Positions 24,312 through 38,686 of a stretch of 64,000 bases of DNA are shown piece after piece. Positions within the stretch are counted from its first letter, which is position 1. The number at the start of each line of letters is the position of its first letter. The DNA comes from Takakia lepidozioides (Eukaryota; Plantae; Bryophyta): the NCBI GenBank assembly GCA_030704615.1, contig CM060732.1:8990001-9054000 (forward strand), in the 5' to 3' direction. Under the pieces are notes generated by a model. The model saw only the letters and a list, made by a program, of their open reading frames with translations, was not told the origin of the DNA and made no database searches. A program made the position numbers and the translations under genes.

Positions 24312-27300
24312 TGGGGTCTGGTATGCACTCCCTTACGGGGCGAGTGCATACCACACTCACTCCATGAGGAGCTGCCATACCGGGGGATGGTTGGTGGGTT
24401 CCCTCTCTCTCCCTCTCTCTCCCTCCCTCCATGGATCTGGCTGGTTCTTTTAAACCCGATGGTTTAAACCCAGAGATATGTTAATTAATCCCTAATTAAC
24501 TTCCTTGATATTTCGTCCATACTGGATGATCTGTTGATGATGAAGTCATCAGATGGTGGATTTACCTTTAACAGAACTCAGCCATACCGGCTGATTTCTT
24601 ACTTTACGGATGACGTCCGAATTTGGTTAATTTCGGTTAATTACCCTACTTGGATCTTTGGTTTATAAGGTCATGAGGTTTCTATCCTAATGAATGCCAA
24701 ATGATTTTCATCCCTATCTAGATGTCATCCCTGGCGGATGACACAGGGATGAAAAATCGGGATTTTATCAACCGTTTGTTGATGGAGCTCATCCCGTGCG
24801 GATGAAATCGCGGGAAATAGCTTCATCTCCTCCCGCCTATTTCTACACGACATCGTGCTTAAGGTTTGCTGGAACTGAGGGATGGTGCGAGTGCGCATTG
24901 AGCCCGATTCAGGGCCTTTTGATTACTAGGTGTTGCGTAATTAAGGTCTGCAGGGTTTCTGGCAAGATTCCAGTACTTTCTTCCTCTCTTGGGGTGCGCA
25001 ATGGCGGCAGTGCTTCAATTTCCCTGTGGCGGTTGTCTCTCATGTTGGCGGGCGATCTACTCAGCTTGTGATCGTTTGTTGTGCCCTTCATTGATCATTA
25101 AGATACAGCGGCGCATCTTAAGACCTCAGGGAAGTGAATGAACCTGTTAAAAATGCTTGGGCAATCCACTCTTTTTGTGTTTTGTTGTTTGTTGGTCTTG
25201 GGAGCCATTTTGCAGGCTTCTCTTCCGCAAACCATCGAGGTGATGGCTTGTTTATGCTCTGATTTCTTTCTACTCCTGCTTTGGAATGCATGTTGTACAG
25301 CGATAACAAGCGTGAGACCTGTGATTCACCTGGGGTTCCACAATCCTTACTAACCCGTCGGTTTTTGTGGGGGCTTGTGATGGGACCAGGTGAGGGTCCT
25401 CACTTAATATGATTCTTTGAGCTTGAAGTTGAATGAAATCGAGCTACTGATGCGACGCCGCAACTTCTGTATCTTTGGGGGAGAAGACCTCTTTCTGCCT
25501 CTTTGCATTGATCTTTCTGGCCTTTGTTCTTAACCTTCTATGGTGGACAACGATTCATTAGGATATTTCTCTCTTGTTCCCTGTGGCCTTCTGTTGTGAC
25601 ACCGGAGCAATTATATGACGAGCTGGCTGTTTTAAGATATCTAGTACCAAGCAGCAAAGTGGGGGAGCTCTGTTTTTTGACCAAACAGTGTCCTTTATTG
25701 TAAACCTCGGAAAGCCTGGATTTTGTTACGAGCAGGCTGTTTTAGGACATTTGGTGCCATGCAAAATTGTAGGGTGGCTCTTCTTCGACCAGATAATGTC
25801 TTTGGTTACAAGCCCTGGATGCTTGGCTTTTTTAATGGACAATGTCCACGGTGGTAAGCACTTGCTGGCTGTTAAGAAGTTGATTCAGGCCCTGTGTTCA
25901 TGTTGCCTTAGGATAAATATGCCGTGGCAGCTTACTAGCCTGTTGGAATGAACAATTCAGACCCCGTGATACTACTCTATGATGGTAAACTGATTAGAAA
26001 AATATCTGCAATTTTAATATGGTGTTTGTGTTACCAAAACAGACTGGAATTCGTTTTCCAGCGTGCAATGTAGACATTGGTGGTAATTGTAGCAATCTGA
26101 ATACTTGCTTGCTATTCAACACCTTGTTAACGCATTTATACACTAGCCCCAGACCTAAACCAGGTCGTGGGACAAAAAACAAGGTATCCGGTTATACCCT
26201 AGTGTGTAATTTGCTTAGAAAATGTCTGCAGCTCTGATATGGTGAAGGTGTTAAACAAAACAAAGCTGGAACTTCTTTTCCAGGCTTTCAATGTAATCGA
26301 GGGTGGCAATTTTGGCAAGCTGAACACTTATTCTTGCTATGCACAGTTGTAAATATTCCATATGAAACATACCCAAACATGTAACACTTGTTTGGGTCCC
26401 TGTTTTGCTGAATATAAAGCTGATTTATATAGGGGGGGTTCTTTATGTAATCCCACCCCCCCACCCATTCATTTCATTTACTTTGAAATCAGATGTATGC
26501 CTTTTTAAGACTGGTTTTTGAATGAAGGATGATTGATAATGCCTTGTTATGAGGCTGATTTGTCGTTAATTTGACAAAGACCTTGTTTGGTCTTGTCCAT
26601 GTCCCGACAAGACATAGTATCTTCCCTCTCTTCTTTAGACCAGTGTACTTAGTGGTGTCTGTACACATTATCAATCACTCTCCCTTCTTTTTCCAGATCT
26701 GTATATGGCATACTAACACTTTTTATGGCCATAAGAGATGGTGATCTAGCACATTCTTGAGTGGAGTGACACTTGATGAACTAACACCTGTTGGTTTTTG
26801 GCAGATGGTCAAAGCCATGGGATATCAGCCACCTCTTCCGCCATGAACATGGTGGGGAGCAAGAAACTCCTTCCCAAGGTATCATCTTCAACAAAAATAT
26901 ATTGGATGATTGGGCATGGAAAATAAGGCATCCTTGATGATACCTAAGATAAACATTGAGCATCTAAAGGACGTCTGAACGCTGGCACTTTGAGCTAGGC
27001 CCTGGTAAGACAACGTGTTGGAGTATGTGTGTACACCTTATACATGATCCGGTCAATGCACATTGCTCTCGTTTGCTGGTCTCCTGTAGCCAATGCCTTA
27101 TGTCAGAGTTAGATACCTTATGATAAGAATGACTTCCATGTCCTTGGCTCAAATGCTTCTATGTCGCTCTTGGTTATGGCTTTGCTCTTTATAGCACCAT
27201 AAAAATACCCAATTCTATTTTATTGCTGGAAGATGTTTTGTTTGAATCATAGGCAGTACATTACTGCCAATGACTGAAGAACAAATATTCGTACCTCTTG

Positions 27301-30300
27301 GGAAAACTGGTTCTATAACCAGATTCTTGGCTGATAAACAATAAAGGGGCTGATAAACACTAATTGGCTGATAAATGTTTATTTCCTGTTTGTTGCTTCC
27401 TGAATTTGGGAGTTGAGGATTCTTTCATCGGCCTCTTCTTTCCATTACCAGAGCTCATGTGCGAGCTAAAAGGTAAAAGTTAAAACTCTATATTATGATG
27501 TAAGTGTTGATGTACCTTCGCTTGTCACAGCTTGTTTTGTTTTTTGACCTTGGAGAATTGAGATTGTAGGCTTTATTTATTTATTTCTATGGTTCCTTTG
27601 TAACCAGAAATAAAAGCTACAAAGAAGAGGGAGGTCCTTTATGTGATGGGGTCTGGTATGCACTCCCTTACGGGGCGAGTGCATACCACACTCACTCCAT
27701 GAGGAGCTGCCATACCGGGGATGGTTGGTGGGTTCCCTCTCTCTCCCTCTCTCTCCCTCCCTCCATGGATCTGGCTGGTTCTTTTAAACCCGATGGTTTA
27801 AACCCAGAGATATGTTAATTAATCCCTAATTAACTTCCTTGATATTTCGTCCATACTGGATGATCTGTTGATGATGAAGTCATCAGATGGTGGATTTACC
27901 TTTAACAGAACTCAGCCATACCGGCTGATTTCTTACTTTACGGATGACGTCCGAATCTGGTTAATTTCGGTTAATTACCCTACTTGGATCTTTGGTTTAT
28001 AAGGTCATGAGGTTTCTATCCTAATGAATGCCAAATGATTTTCATCCCTATCTAGATGTCATCCCTGGCGGATGACACAGGGATGAAAAATCGGGATTTT
28101 ATCAACCGTTTGTTGATGGAGCTCATCCCGTGCGGATGAAATCGCGGGGAAATAGCTTCATCTCCTCCCTGCCCTAATTTTCTACACGACAATCGTGCTT
28201 AAGGTTTGCTGGAACTGAGGGATGGTGGCGGAGTGCGCATTGAGCCCGATTCAGGGCCTTTTGATTACTATGGTGTTGCGTAATTAAGGTCTGCAGGGTT
28301 TCTGGCAAGATTCCAGTACTTTCTTCCTCTCTTCCTTCTTTCCCTGTGGCGGTTGTCTCTCATGTTGGCGGGCGATCTACTCAGCTTGTGATCGTTTGTT
28401 GTGCCCTTCATTGATCATTAAGATACAGCGGCGCATCTTAAGACCTCAGGGAAGTGAATGAACCTGTTAAAATGCCTGGGCAATCCACTCTTTTTGTGTT
28501 TTGTTGTTTGTTGGTCTTGGGAGCCATTTTGCAGGCTTCTCTTCCGCAAACCATCGAGGTGATGGCTTGTTTATGCTCTGATTTCTTTCTACTCCTGCTT
28601 TGGAATGCATGTTGTACAGCGATAACAAGCGTGAGACCTGTGATTCACCTGGGGTTCCACAATCCTTACTAACCCGTCGGTTTTTGTGGGGGCTTGTGAT
28701 GGGACCAGGTGAGGGTCCTCACTTAATATGATTCTTTGAGCTTGAAGTTGAATGAAATCGAGCTACTGATGCGACGCCGCAACTTCTGTATCTTTGGGGG
28801 AGAAGACCTCTTTCTGCCTCTTTGCATTGATCTTTCTGGCCTTTGTTCTTAACCTTCTATGGTGGACAACGATTCATTAGGATATTTCTCTCTTGTTCCC
28901 TGTGGCCTTCTGTTGTGACACCGGAGCAATTATATGACGAGCTGGCTGTTTTAAGATATCTAGTACCAAGCAGCAAAGTGGGGGAGCTCTGTTTTTTGAC
29001 CAAACAGTGTCCTTTATTGTAAACCTCGGAAAGCCTGGATTTTGTTACGAGCAGGCTGTTTTAGGACATTTGGTGCCATGCAAAATTGTAGGGTGGCTCT
29101 TCTTCGACCAGATAATGTCTTTGGTTACAAGCCCCTGGATGCTTGGCTTTTTTAATGGACAATGTCCACGGTGGTAAGCACTTGCTGGCTGTTAAGAAGT
29201 TGATTCAGGCCCTGTGTTCATGTTGCCTTAGGATAAATATGCCGTGGCAGCTTACTAGCCTGTTGGAATGAACAATTCAGACCCCGTGATACTACTCTAT
29301 GATGGTAAACTGATTAGAAAAATATCTGCAATTTTAATATGGTGTTTGTGTTACCAAAACAGACTGGAATTCGTTTTCCAGCGTGCAATGTAGACATTGG
29401 TGGTAATTGTAGCAATCTGAATACTTGCTTGCTATTCAACACCTTGTTAACGCATTTATACACTAGCCCCAGACCTAAACCAGGTCGTGGGACAAAAAAC
29501 AAGGTATCCGGTTATACCCTAGTGTGTAATTTGCTTAGAAAATGTCTGCAGCTCTGATATGGTGAAGGTGTTAAACAAAACAAAGCTGGAACTTCTTTCC
29601 AGGCTTTCAATGTAATCGAGGGTGGCAATTTTGGCAAGCTGAACACTTATTCTTGCTATGCACAGTTGTAAATATTCCATATGAAACATACCCAAACATG
29701 TAACACTTGTTTGGGTCCCTGTTTTGCTGAATATAAAGCTGATTTATATAGGGGGGGTTCTTTATGTAATCCCACCCCCCCACCCATTCATTTCATTTAC
29801 TTTGAAATCAGATGTATGCCTTTTTAAGACTGGTTTTTGAATGAAGGATGATTGATAATGCCTTGTTATGAGGCTGATTTGTCGTTAATTTGACAAAGAC
29901 CTTGTTTGGTCTTGTCCATGTCCCGACAAGACATAGTATCTTCCCTCTCTTCTTTAGACCAGTGTACTTAGTGGTGTCTGTACACATTATCAATCACTCT
30001 CCCTTCTTTTTCCAGATCTGTATATGGCATACTAACACCTTTTTATGGCCATAAGAGATGGTGATCTAGCACATTCTTGAGTGGAGTGACACTTGATGAA
30101 CTAACACCTGTTGGTTTTTGGCAGATGGTCAAAGCCATGGGATATCAGCCACCTCTTCCGCCATGAACATGGTGGGGAGCAAGAAACTCCTTCCCAAGGT
30201 ATCATCTTCTCCAACAAAAATATATTGGATGATTGGGCATGGAAAATAAGGCATCCTTGATGATACCTAAGATAAACATTGAGCATCTAAAGGACGTCTG

Positions 30301-33300
30301 AACGCTGGCACTTTGAGCTAGGCCCTGGTAAGACAACGTGTGAGTATGTGTGTACACCTTATACATGATCCGGTCAATGCACATTGCTCTCGTTTGCTGG
30401 TCTCCTGTAGCCAATGCCTTATGTCAGAGTTAGATACCTTATGATAAGAATGACTTCCATGTCCTTGGCTCAAATGCTTCTATGTCGCTCTTGGTTATGG
30501 CTTTGCTCTTTATAGCACCATAAAAAATACCCAATTCTATTTTATTGCTGGAAGATGTTTTGTTTGAATCATAGGCAGTACATTACTGCCAATGACTGAA
30601 GAACAAATATTCGTACCTCTTGGGAAAACTGGTTCTATAACCAGATTCTTGGCTGATAAACAATAAAGGGCTGATAAACACTAATTGGCTGATAAATGTT
30701 TATTTCCTGTTTGTTGCTTCCTGAATTTGGGAGTTGAGGATTCTTTCATCGGCCTCTTCTTTCCATTACCAGAGCTCATGTGCGAGCTAAAAGGTAAAAG
30801 TTAAAACTCTATATTATGATGTAAGTGTTGATGTACCTTCGCTTGTCACAGCTTGTTTTGTTTTTGACCTTGGAGAATTGAGATTGTAGGCTTTTTTTAT
30901 TTATTTCTATGGTTCCTTTGTAACCAGAAATAAAAGCTACAAAGAAGAGGGAGGTCCTTTATGTGATGGGGTCTGGTATGCACTCCCTTACGGGGCGAGT
31001 GCATACCACACTCACTCCATGAGGAGCTGCCATACCGGGGATGGTTGGTGGGTTCCCTCTCTCTCCCTCTCTCTCCCTCCCTCCATGGATCTGGCTGGTT
31101 CTTTTAAACCCGATGGTTTAAACCCAGAGATATGTTAATTAATCCCTAATTAACTTCCTTGATATTTCGTCCATACTGGATGATCTGTTGATGATGAAGT
31201 CATCAGATGGTGGATTTACCTTTAACAGAACTCAGCCATACCGGCTGATTTCTTACTTTACGGATGACGTCCGAATCTGGTTAATTTCGGTTAATTACCC
31301 TACTTGGATCTTTGGTTTATAAGGTCATGAGGTTTCTATCCTAATGAATGCCAAATGATTTTCATCCCTATCTAGATGTCATCCCTGGCGGATGACACAG
31401 GGATGAAAAATCGGGATTTTATCAACCGTTTGTTGATGGAGCTCATCCCGTGCGGATGAAATCGCGGGGAAATAGCTTCATCTCCTCCCTGCCCTAATTT
31501 TCTGCACGACAATCGTGCTTAAGGTTTGCTGGAACTGAGGGATGGTGGCGGAGTGCGCATTGAGCCCGATTCAGGGCCTTTTGATTACTATGGTGTTGCG
31601 TAATTAAGGTCTGCAGGGTTTCTGGCAAGATTCCAGTACTTTCTTCCTCTCTTTCGCAATGGCGGCAGTGCCTTCAATTTCCCTGTGGCGGTTGTCTCTC
31701 ATGTTGGCGGGCGATCTACTCAGCTTGTGATCGTTTGTTGTGCCCTTCATTGATCATTAAGATACAGCGGCGCATCTTAAGACCTCAGGGAAGTGAATGA
31801 ACCTGTTAAAATGCTTGGGCAATCCACTCTTTTTGTGTTTTGTTGTTTGTTGGTCTTGGGAGCCATTTTGCAGGCTTCTCTTCCGCAAACCATCGAGGTG
31901 ATGGCTTGTTTATGCTCTGATTTCTTTCTACTCCTGCTTTGGAATGCATGTTGTACAGCGATAACAAGCGTGAGACCTGTGATTCACCTGGGGTTCCACA
32001 ATCCTTACTAACCCGTCGGTTTTTGTGGGGGCTTGTGATGGGACCAGGTGAGGGTCCTCACTTAATATGATTCTTTGAGCTTGAAGTTGAATGAAATCGA
32101 GCTACTGATGCGACGCCGCAACTTCTGTATCTTTGGGGGAGAAGACCTCTTTCTGCCTCTTTGCATTGATCTTTCTGGCCTTTGTTCTTAACCTTCTATG
32201 GTGGACAACGATTCATTAGGATATTTCTCTCTTGTTCCCTGTGGCCTTCTGTTGTGACACCGGAGCAATTATATGACGAGCTGGCTGTTTTAAGATATCT
32301 AGTACCAAGCAGCAAAGTGGGGGAGCTCTGTTTTTTGACCAAACAGTGTCCTTTATTGTAAACCTCGGAAAGCCTGGATTCTGTTACGAGCAGGCTGTTT
32401 TAGGACATTTGGTGCCATGCAAAATTGTAGGGTGGCTCTTCTTCGACCAGATAATGTCTTTGGTTACAAGCCCCTGGATGCTTGGCTTTTTTAATGGACA
32501 ATGTCCACGGTGGTAAGCACTTGCTGGCTGTTAAGAAGTTGATTCAGGCCCTGTGTTCATGTTGCCTTAGGATAAATATGCCGTGGCAGCTTACTAGCCT
32601 GTTGGAATGAACAATTCAGACCCCGTGATACTACTCTATGATGGTAAACTGATTAGAAAAATATCTGCAATTTTAATATGGTGTTTGTGTTACCAAAACA
32701 GACTGGAATTCGTTTTCCAGCGTGCAATGTAGACATTGGTGGTAATTGTAGCAATCTGAATACTTGCTTGCTATTCAACACCTTGTTAACGCATTTATAC
32801 ACTAGCCCCAGACCTAAACCAGGTCGTGGGACAAAAAACAAGGTATCCGGTTATACCCTAGTGTGTAATTTGCTTAGAAAATGTCTGCAGCTCTGATATG
32901 GTGAAGGTGTTAAACAAAACAAAGCTGGAACTTCTTTTCCAGGCTTTCAATGTAATCGAGGGTGGCAATTTTGGCAAGCTGAACACTTATTCTTGCTATG
33001 CACAGTTGTAAATATTCCATATGAAACATACCCAAACATGTAACACTTGTTTGGGTCCCTGTTTTGCTGAATATAAAGCTGATTTATATAGGGGGGTTCT
33101 TTATGTAATCCCACCCCCCCACCCATTCATTTCATTTACTTTGAAATCAGATGTATGCCTTTTTAAGACTGGTTTTTGAATGAAGGATGATTGATAATGC
33201 CTTGTTATGAGGCTGATTTGTCGTTAATTTGACAAAGACCTTGTTTGGTCTTGTCCATGTCCCGACAAGACATAGTATCTTCCCTCTCTTCTTTAGACCA

Positions 33301-36300
33301 GTGTACTTAGTGGTGTCTGTACACATTATCAATCACTCTCCCTTCTTTTTCCAGATCTGTATATGGCATACTAACACCTTTTTATGGCCATAAGAGATGG
33401 TGATCTAGCACATTCTTGAGTGGAGTGACACTTGATGAACTAACACCTGTTGGTTTTTGGCAGATGGTCAAAGCCATGGGATATCAGCCACCTCTTCCGC
33501 CATGAACATGGTGGGGAGCAAGAAACTCCTTCCCAAGGTATCATCTATATTGGATGATTGGGCATGGAAAATAAGGCATCCTTGATGATACCTAAGATAA
33601 ACATTGAGCATCTAAAGGACGTCTGAACGCTGGCACTTTGAGCTAGGCCCTGGTAAGACAACGTGTTGGAGTATGTGTGTACACCTTATACATGATCCGG
33701 TCAATGCACATTGCTCTCGTTTGCTGGTCTCCTGTAGCCAATGCCTTATGTCAGAGTTAGATACCTTATGATAAGAATGACTTCCATGTCCTTGGCTCAA
33801 ATGCTTCTATGTCGCTCTTGGTTATGGCTTTGCTCTTTATAGCACCATAAAAAATACCCAATTCTATTTTATTGCTGGAAGATGTTTTGTTTGAATCATA
33901 GGCAGTACATTACTGCCAATGACTGAAGAACAAATATTCGTACCTCTTGGGAAAACTGGTTCTATAACCAGATTCTTGGCTGATAAACAATAAAGGGGCT
34001 GATAAACACTAATTGGCTGATAAATGTTTATTTCCTGTTTGTTGCTTCCTGAATTTGGGAGTTGAGGATTCTTTCATCGGCCTCTTCTTTCCATTACCAG
34101 AGCTCATGTGCGAGCTAAAAGGTAAAAGTTAGAACTCTATATTATGATGTAAGTGTTGATGTACCTTCGCTTGTCACAGCTTGTTTTGTTTTTTGACCTT
34201 GGAGAATTGAGATTGTAGGCTTTTTTATTTATTTCTATGGTTCCTTTGTAACCAGAAATAAAAGCTACAAAGAAGAGGGAGGTCCTTTATGTGATGGGGT
34301 CTGGTATGCACTCCCTTACGGGGCGAGTGCATACCACACTCACTCCATGAGGAGCTGCCATACCGGGGGATGGTTGGTGGGTTCCCTCTCTCTCCCTCTC
34401 TCTCCCTCCCTCCATGGATCTGGCTGGTTCTTTTAAACCCGATGGTTTAAACCCAGAGATATGTTAATTAATCCCTAATTAACTTCCTTGATATTTCGTC
34501 CATACTGGATGATCTGTTGATGATGAAGTCATCAGATGGTGGATTTACCTTTAACAGAACTCAGCCATACCGGCTGATTTCTTACTTTACGGATGACGTC
34601 CGAATCTGGTTAATTTCGGTTAATTACCCTACTTGGATCTTTGGTTTATAAGGTCATGAGGTTTCTATCCTAATGAATGCCAAATGATTTTCATCCCTAT
34701 CTAGATGTCATCCCTGGCGGATGACACAGGGATGAAAAATCGGGATTTTATCAACCGTTTGTTGATGGAGCTCATCCCGTGCGGATGAAATCGCGGGGAA
34801 ATAGCTTCATCTCCTCCCTGCCCTAATTTTCTGCACGACAATCGTGCTTAAGGTTTGCTGGAACTGAGGGATGGTGGCGGAGTGCGCATTGAGCCCGATT
34901 CAGGGCCTTTTGATTACTATGGTGTTGCGTAATTAAGGTCTGCAGGGTTTCTGGCAAGATTCCAGTACTTTCTTCCTCTCTTGGGTGCGCAATGGCGGCA
35001 GTGCCTTCAATTTCCCTGTGGCGGTTGTCTCTCATGTTGGCGGGCGATCTACTCAGCTTGTGATCGTTTGTTGTGCCCTTCATTGATCATTAAGATACAG
35101 CGGCGCATCTTAAGACCTCAGGGAAGTGAATGAACCTGTTAAAATGCTTGGGCAATCCACTCTTTTTGTGTTTTGTTGTTTGTTGGTCTTGGGAGCCATT
35201 TTGCAGGCTTCTCTTCCGCAAACCATCGAGGTGATGGCTTGTTTATGCTCTGATTTCTTTCTACTCCTGCTTTGGAATGCATGTTGTACAGCGATAACAA
35301 GCGTGAGACCTGTGATTCACCTGGGGTTCCACAATCCTTACTAACCCGTCGGTTTTTGTGGGGGCTTGTGATGGGACCAGGTGAGGGTCCTCACTTAATA
35401 TGATTCTTTGAGCTTGAAGTTGAATGAAATCGAGCTACTGATGCGACGCCGCAACTTCTGTATCTTTGGGGGAGAAGACCTCTTTCTGCCTCTTTGCATT
35501 GATCTTTCTGGCCTTTGTTCTTAACCTTCTATGGTGGACAACGATTCATTAGGATATTTCTCTCTTGTTCCCTGTGGCCTTCTGTTGTGACACCGGAGCA
35601 ATTATATGACGAGCTGGCTGTTTTAAGATATCTAGTACCAAGCAGCAAAGTGGGGGAGCTCTGTTTTTTGACCAAACAGTGTCCTTTATTGTAAACCTCG
35701 GAAAGCCTGGATTCTGTTACGAGTTGGCTGTTTTAGGACATTTGGTGCCATGCAAAATTGTAGGGTGGCTCTTCTTCGACCAGATAATGTCTTTGGTTAC
35801 AAGCCCCTGGATGCTTGGCTTTTTTAATGGACAATGTCCACGGTGGTAAGCACTTGCTGGCTGTTAAGAAGTTGATTCAGGCCCTGTGTTCATGTTGCCT
35901 TAGGATAAATATGCCGTGGCAGCTTACTAGCCTGTTGGAATGAACAATTCAGACCCCGTGATACTACTCTATGATGGTAAACTGATTAGAAAAATATCTG
36001 CAATTTTAATATGGTGTTTGTGTTACCAAAACAGACTGGAATTCGTTTTCCAGCGTGCAATGTAGACATTGGTGGTAATTGTAGCAATCTGAATACTTGC
36101 TTGCTATTCAACACCTTGTTAACGCATTTATACACTAGCCCCAGACCTAAACCAGGTCGTGGGACAAAAAACAAGGTATCCGGTTATACCCTAGTGTGTA
36201 ATTTGCTTAGAAAATGTCTGCAGCTCTGATATGGTGAAGGTGTTAAACAAAACAAAGCTGGAACTTCTTTTCCAGGCTTTCAATGTAATCGAGGGTGGCA

Positions 36301-37607
36301 ATTTTGGCAAGCTGAACACTTATTCTTGCTATGCACAGTTGTAAATATTCCATATGAAACATACCCAAACATGTAACACTTGTTTGGGTCCCTGTTTTGC
36401 TGAATATAAAGCTGATTTATATAGGGGGGGTTCTTTATGTAATCCCACCCCCCACCCATTCATTTCATTTACTTTGAAATCAGATGTATGCCTTTTTAAG
36501 ACTGGTTTTTGAATGAAGGATGATTGATAATGCCTTGTTATGAGGCTGATTTGTCGTTAATTTGACAAAGACCTTGTTTGGTCTTGTCCATGTCCCGACA
36601 AGACATAGTATCTTCCCTCTCTTCTTTAGACCAGTGTACTTAGTGGTGTCTGTACACATTATCAATCACCCTCCCTTCTTTTTCCAGATCTGTATATGGC
36701 ATACTAACACCTTTTTATGGCCATAAGAGATGGTGATCTAGCACATTCTTGAGTGGAGTGACACTTGATGAACTAACACCTGTTGGTTTTGGCAGATGGT
36801 CAAAGCCATGGGATATCAGCCACCTCTTCCGCCATGAACATGGTGGGGAGCAAGAAACTCCTTCCCAAGGTATCATCTTCTCCAACAAAAATATATTGGA
36901 TGATTGGGCATGGAAAATAAGGCATCCTTGATGATACCTAAGATAAACATTGAGCATCTAAAGGACGTCTGAACGCTGGCACTTTGAGCTAGGCCCTGGT
37001 AAGACAACGTGTTGGAGTATGTGTGTACACCTTATACATGATCCGGTCAATGCACATTGCTCTCGTTTGCTGGTCTCCTGTAGCCAATGCCTTATGTCAG
37101 AGTTAGATACCTTATGATAAGAATGACTTCCATGTCCTTGGCTCAAATGCTTCTATGTCGCTCTTGGTTATGGCTTTGCTCTTTATAGCACCATAAAAAA
37201 TACCCAATTCTATTTTATTGCTGGAAGATGTTTTGTTTGAATCATAGGCAGTACATTACTGCCAATGACTGAAGAACAAATATTCGTACCTCTTGGGAAA
37301 ACTGGTTCTATAACCAGATTCTTGGCTGATAAACAATAAAGGGGCTGATAAACACTAATTGGCTGATAAATGTTTATTTCCTGTTTGTTGCTTCCTGAAT
37401 TTGGGAGTCGAGGATTCTTTCATCGGCCTCTTCTTTCCATTACCAGAGCTCATGTGCGAGCTAAAAGGTAAAAGTTAGAACTCTACATTATGATGTAAGT
37501 GTTGATGTACCTTCGCTTGTCACAGCTTGTTTTGTTTTTTGACCTTGGAGAATTGAGATTGTAGGTTTTTTTTTTAATTTCTATGGTTCATTTGTAACCA
37601 GAAATAA
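24290..37607. repeat. Head-to-tail array of four near-identical ~3.33-kb units
   Basis: The unit start aagagggaggtcctttatgtgatggggtc is at 24290, 27625, 30945 and 34273. Identical small ORFs recur in each unit, and differences are mostly short indels. Confidence 0.97.
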
Positions 37608-38603
37608 CCAACGGAAGAAAATCAAGCACAAAAGGGTTGAAGTTTTCTCAAAACCGTTACCTGAGGCTAAATGCTTCTTGGTAAGCCTGGGCCCAACAAT
37701 TAAAGCTAACCACGCTTTAAACCTAGGCAACCAGCAGGACAGAATTACCTCCACGAGAACTATCGAGCGGCTTTTACTCACCCATCCCTTCGCTATCCGA
37801 GGTGGAAACTCCAAGATAGAAGAGTTGGATATCTCTAAGCACTCAGCCCGCTCAGAACAATCAGTCATGACCTACAGCTAGTGAATCATGGTTGTGCTTC
37901 CTATTTCTATTCTTTCTGGCCTTCATGTTATCAATTTACCTTACCGTGTATACTGAAGCATCAGATTGCTTCAGTATCTACTAAGTTCCAATTAATCATG
38001 CATTCATTCCACAGCTTCTCTCGTGTCTCTCTACACAGTATGTTTGTATCTATTCAGTATCGGATTAAGATTAATCATGTATCATGCCTATGCCATGGTG
38101 TCTCTAATCTACCCTACTGTATAATTTTACAGCTTGCATGAATTAAGCCTCAATCAAGTCATCATCTCCTCTTCACTGTCTCCGCTCTCCGTGTCTCCTC
38201 CTCAAGAAGTGATCCCCTTCCTGTTGCCGCTCTGCCTAATCTACCCGCAAGCTGTTTTAACCACCTAACTAACTAACCGTCACCCCTGAAGTAACACGTT
38301 CCCTCTGCAGATGTTGTTCCCTGTCAATGATAACTGTTCCCCATGTATTGTGACAGGCTGTGTCAAGCAGTGCCGAGCTGTGACTGGCTGTGTAAAGCTG
38401 TGTCGGGCTGTGACTGGCTGTGCGAAGCTGTGTCGGGCTGTGTAAAGCTGTGTCTTGCTGTGATAGAATGTGACGAGCTGTCTAACCCCCCTAAAGCCTG
38501 CGCCTGCCACCCCTAAGGCTCCTATTGGTCTCAGTCTGCGCAAAAATTAAGGGTACCCCACAAAACCCGTAAAAGCGTCCAAGTCCCAAGCAGCCCTCTA
38601 ACA
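37593..38603 (-). mobile_element. Probable 3' LTR (~1 kb) of a minus-strand LTR retrotransposon; PPT at ~38607-38620
   Basis: The minus strand reads ...gaggacacgactttttgagagggggagggataa|TGTTAG, a typical Gypsy PPT/LTR junction. The candidate far end is TGTAAC at 37593 on + (TG...CA). There is an internal GCTGTG-rich minisatellite at 38350-38480. The left boundary is tentative. Confidence 0.6.
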
Positions 38604-38686
38604 TTATCCCTCCCCCTCTCAAAAAGTCGTGTCCTCACGGTTTACTATTTGGGATCAACAAACCTTTGTGAGCGAGCACCCTTCTG

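Noticed and set aside
24530-27400. Possible C/D-box snoRNAs (TGATGA...CTGA) in the tandem unit
   Set aside because: Box-like words occur, but I could not identify terminal stems or rRNA-complementary guides. A snoscan/Infernal run is needed.
24796-37146. Recurrent 60-90 aa ORFs in the 3.3-kb units
   Set aside because: No recognisable domains, and they recur only because the DNA is duplicated. Several are broken by indels between copies.
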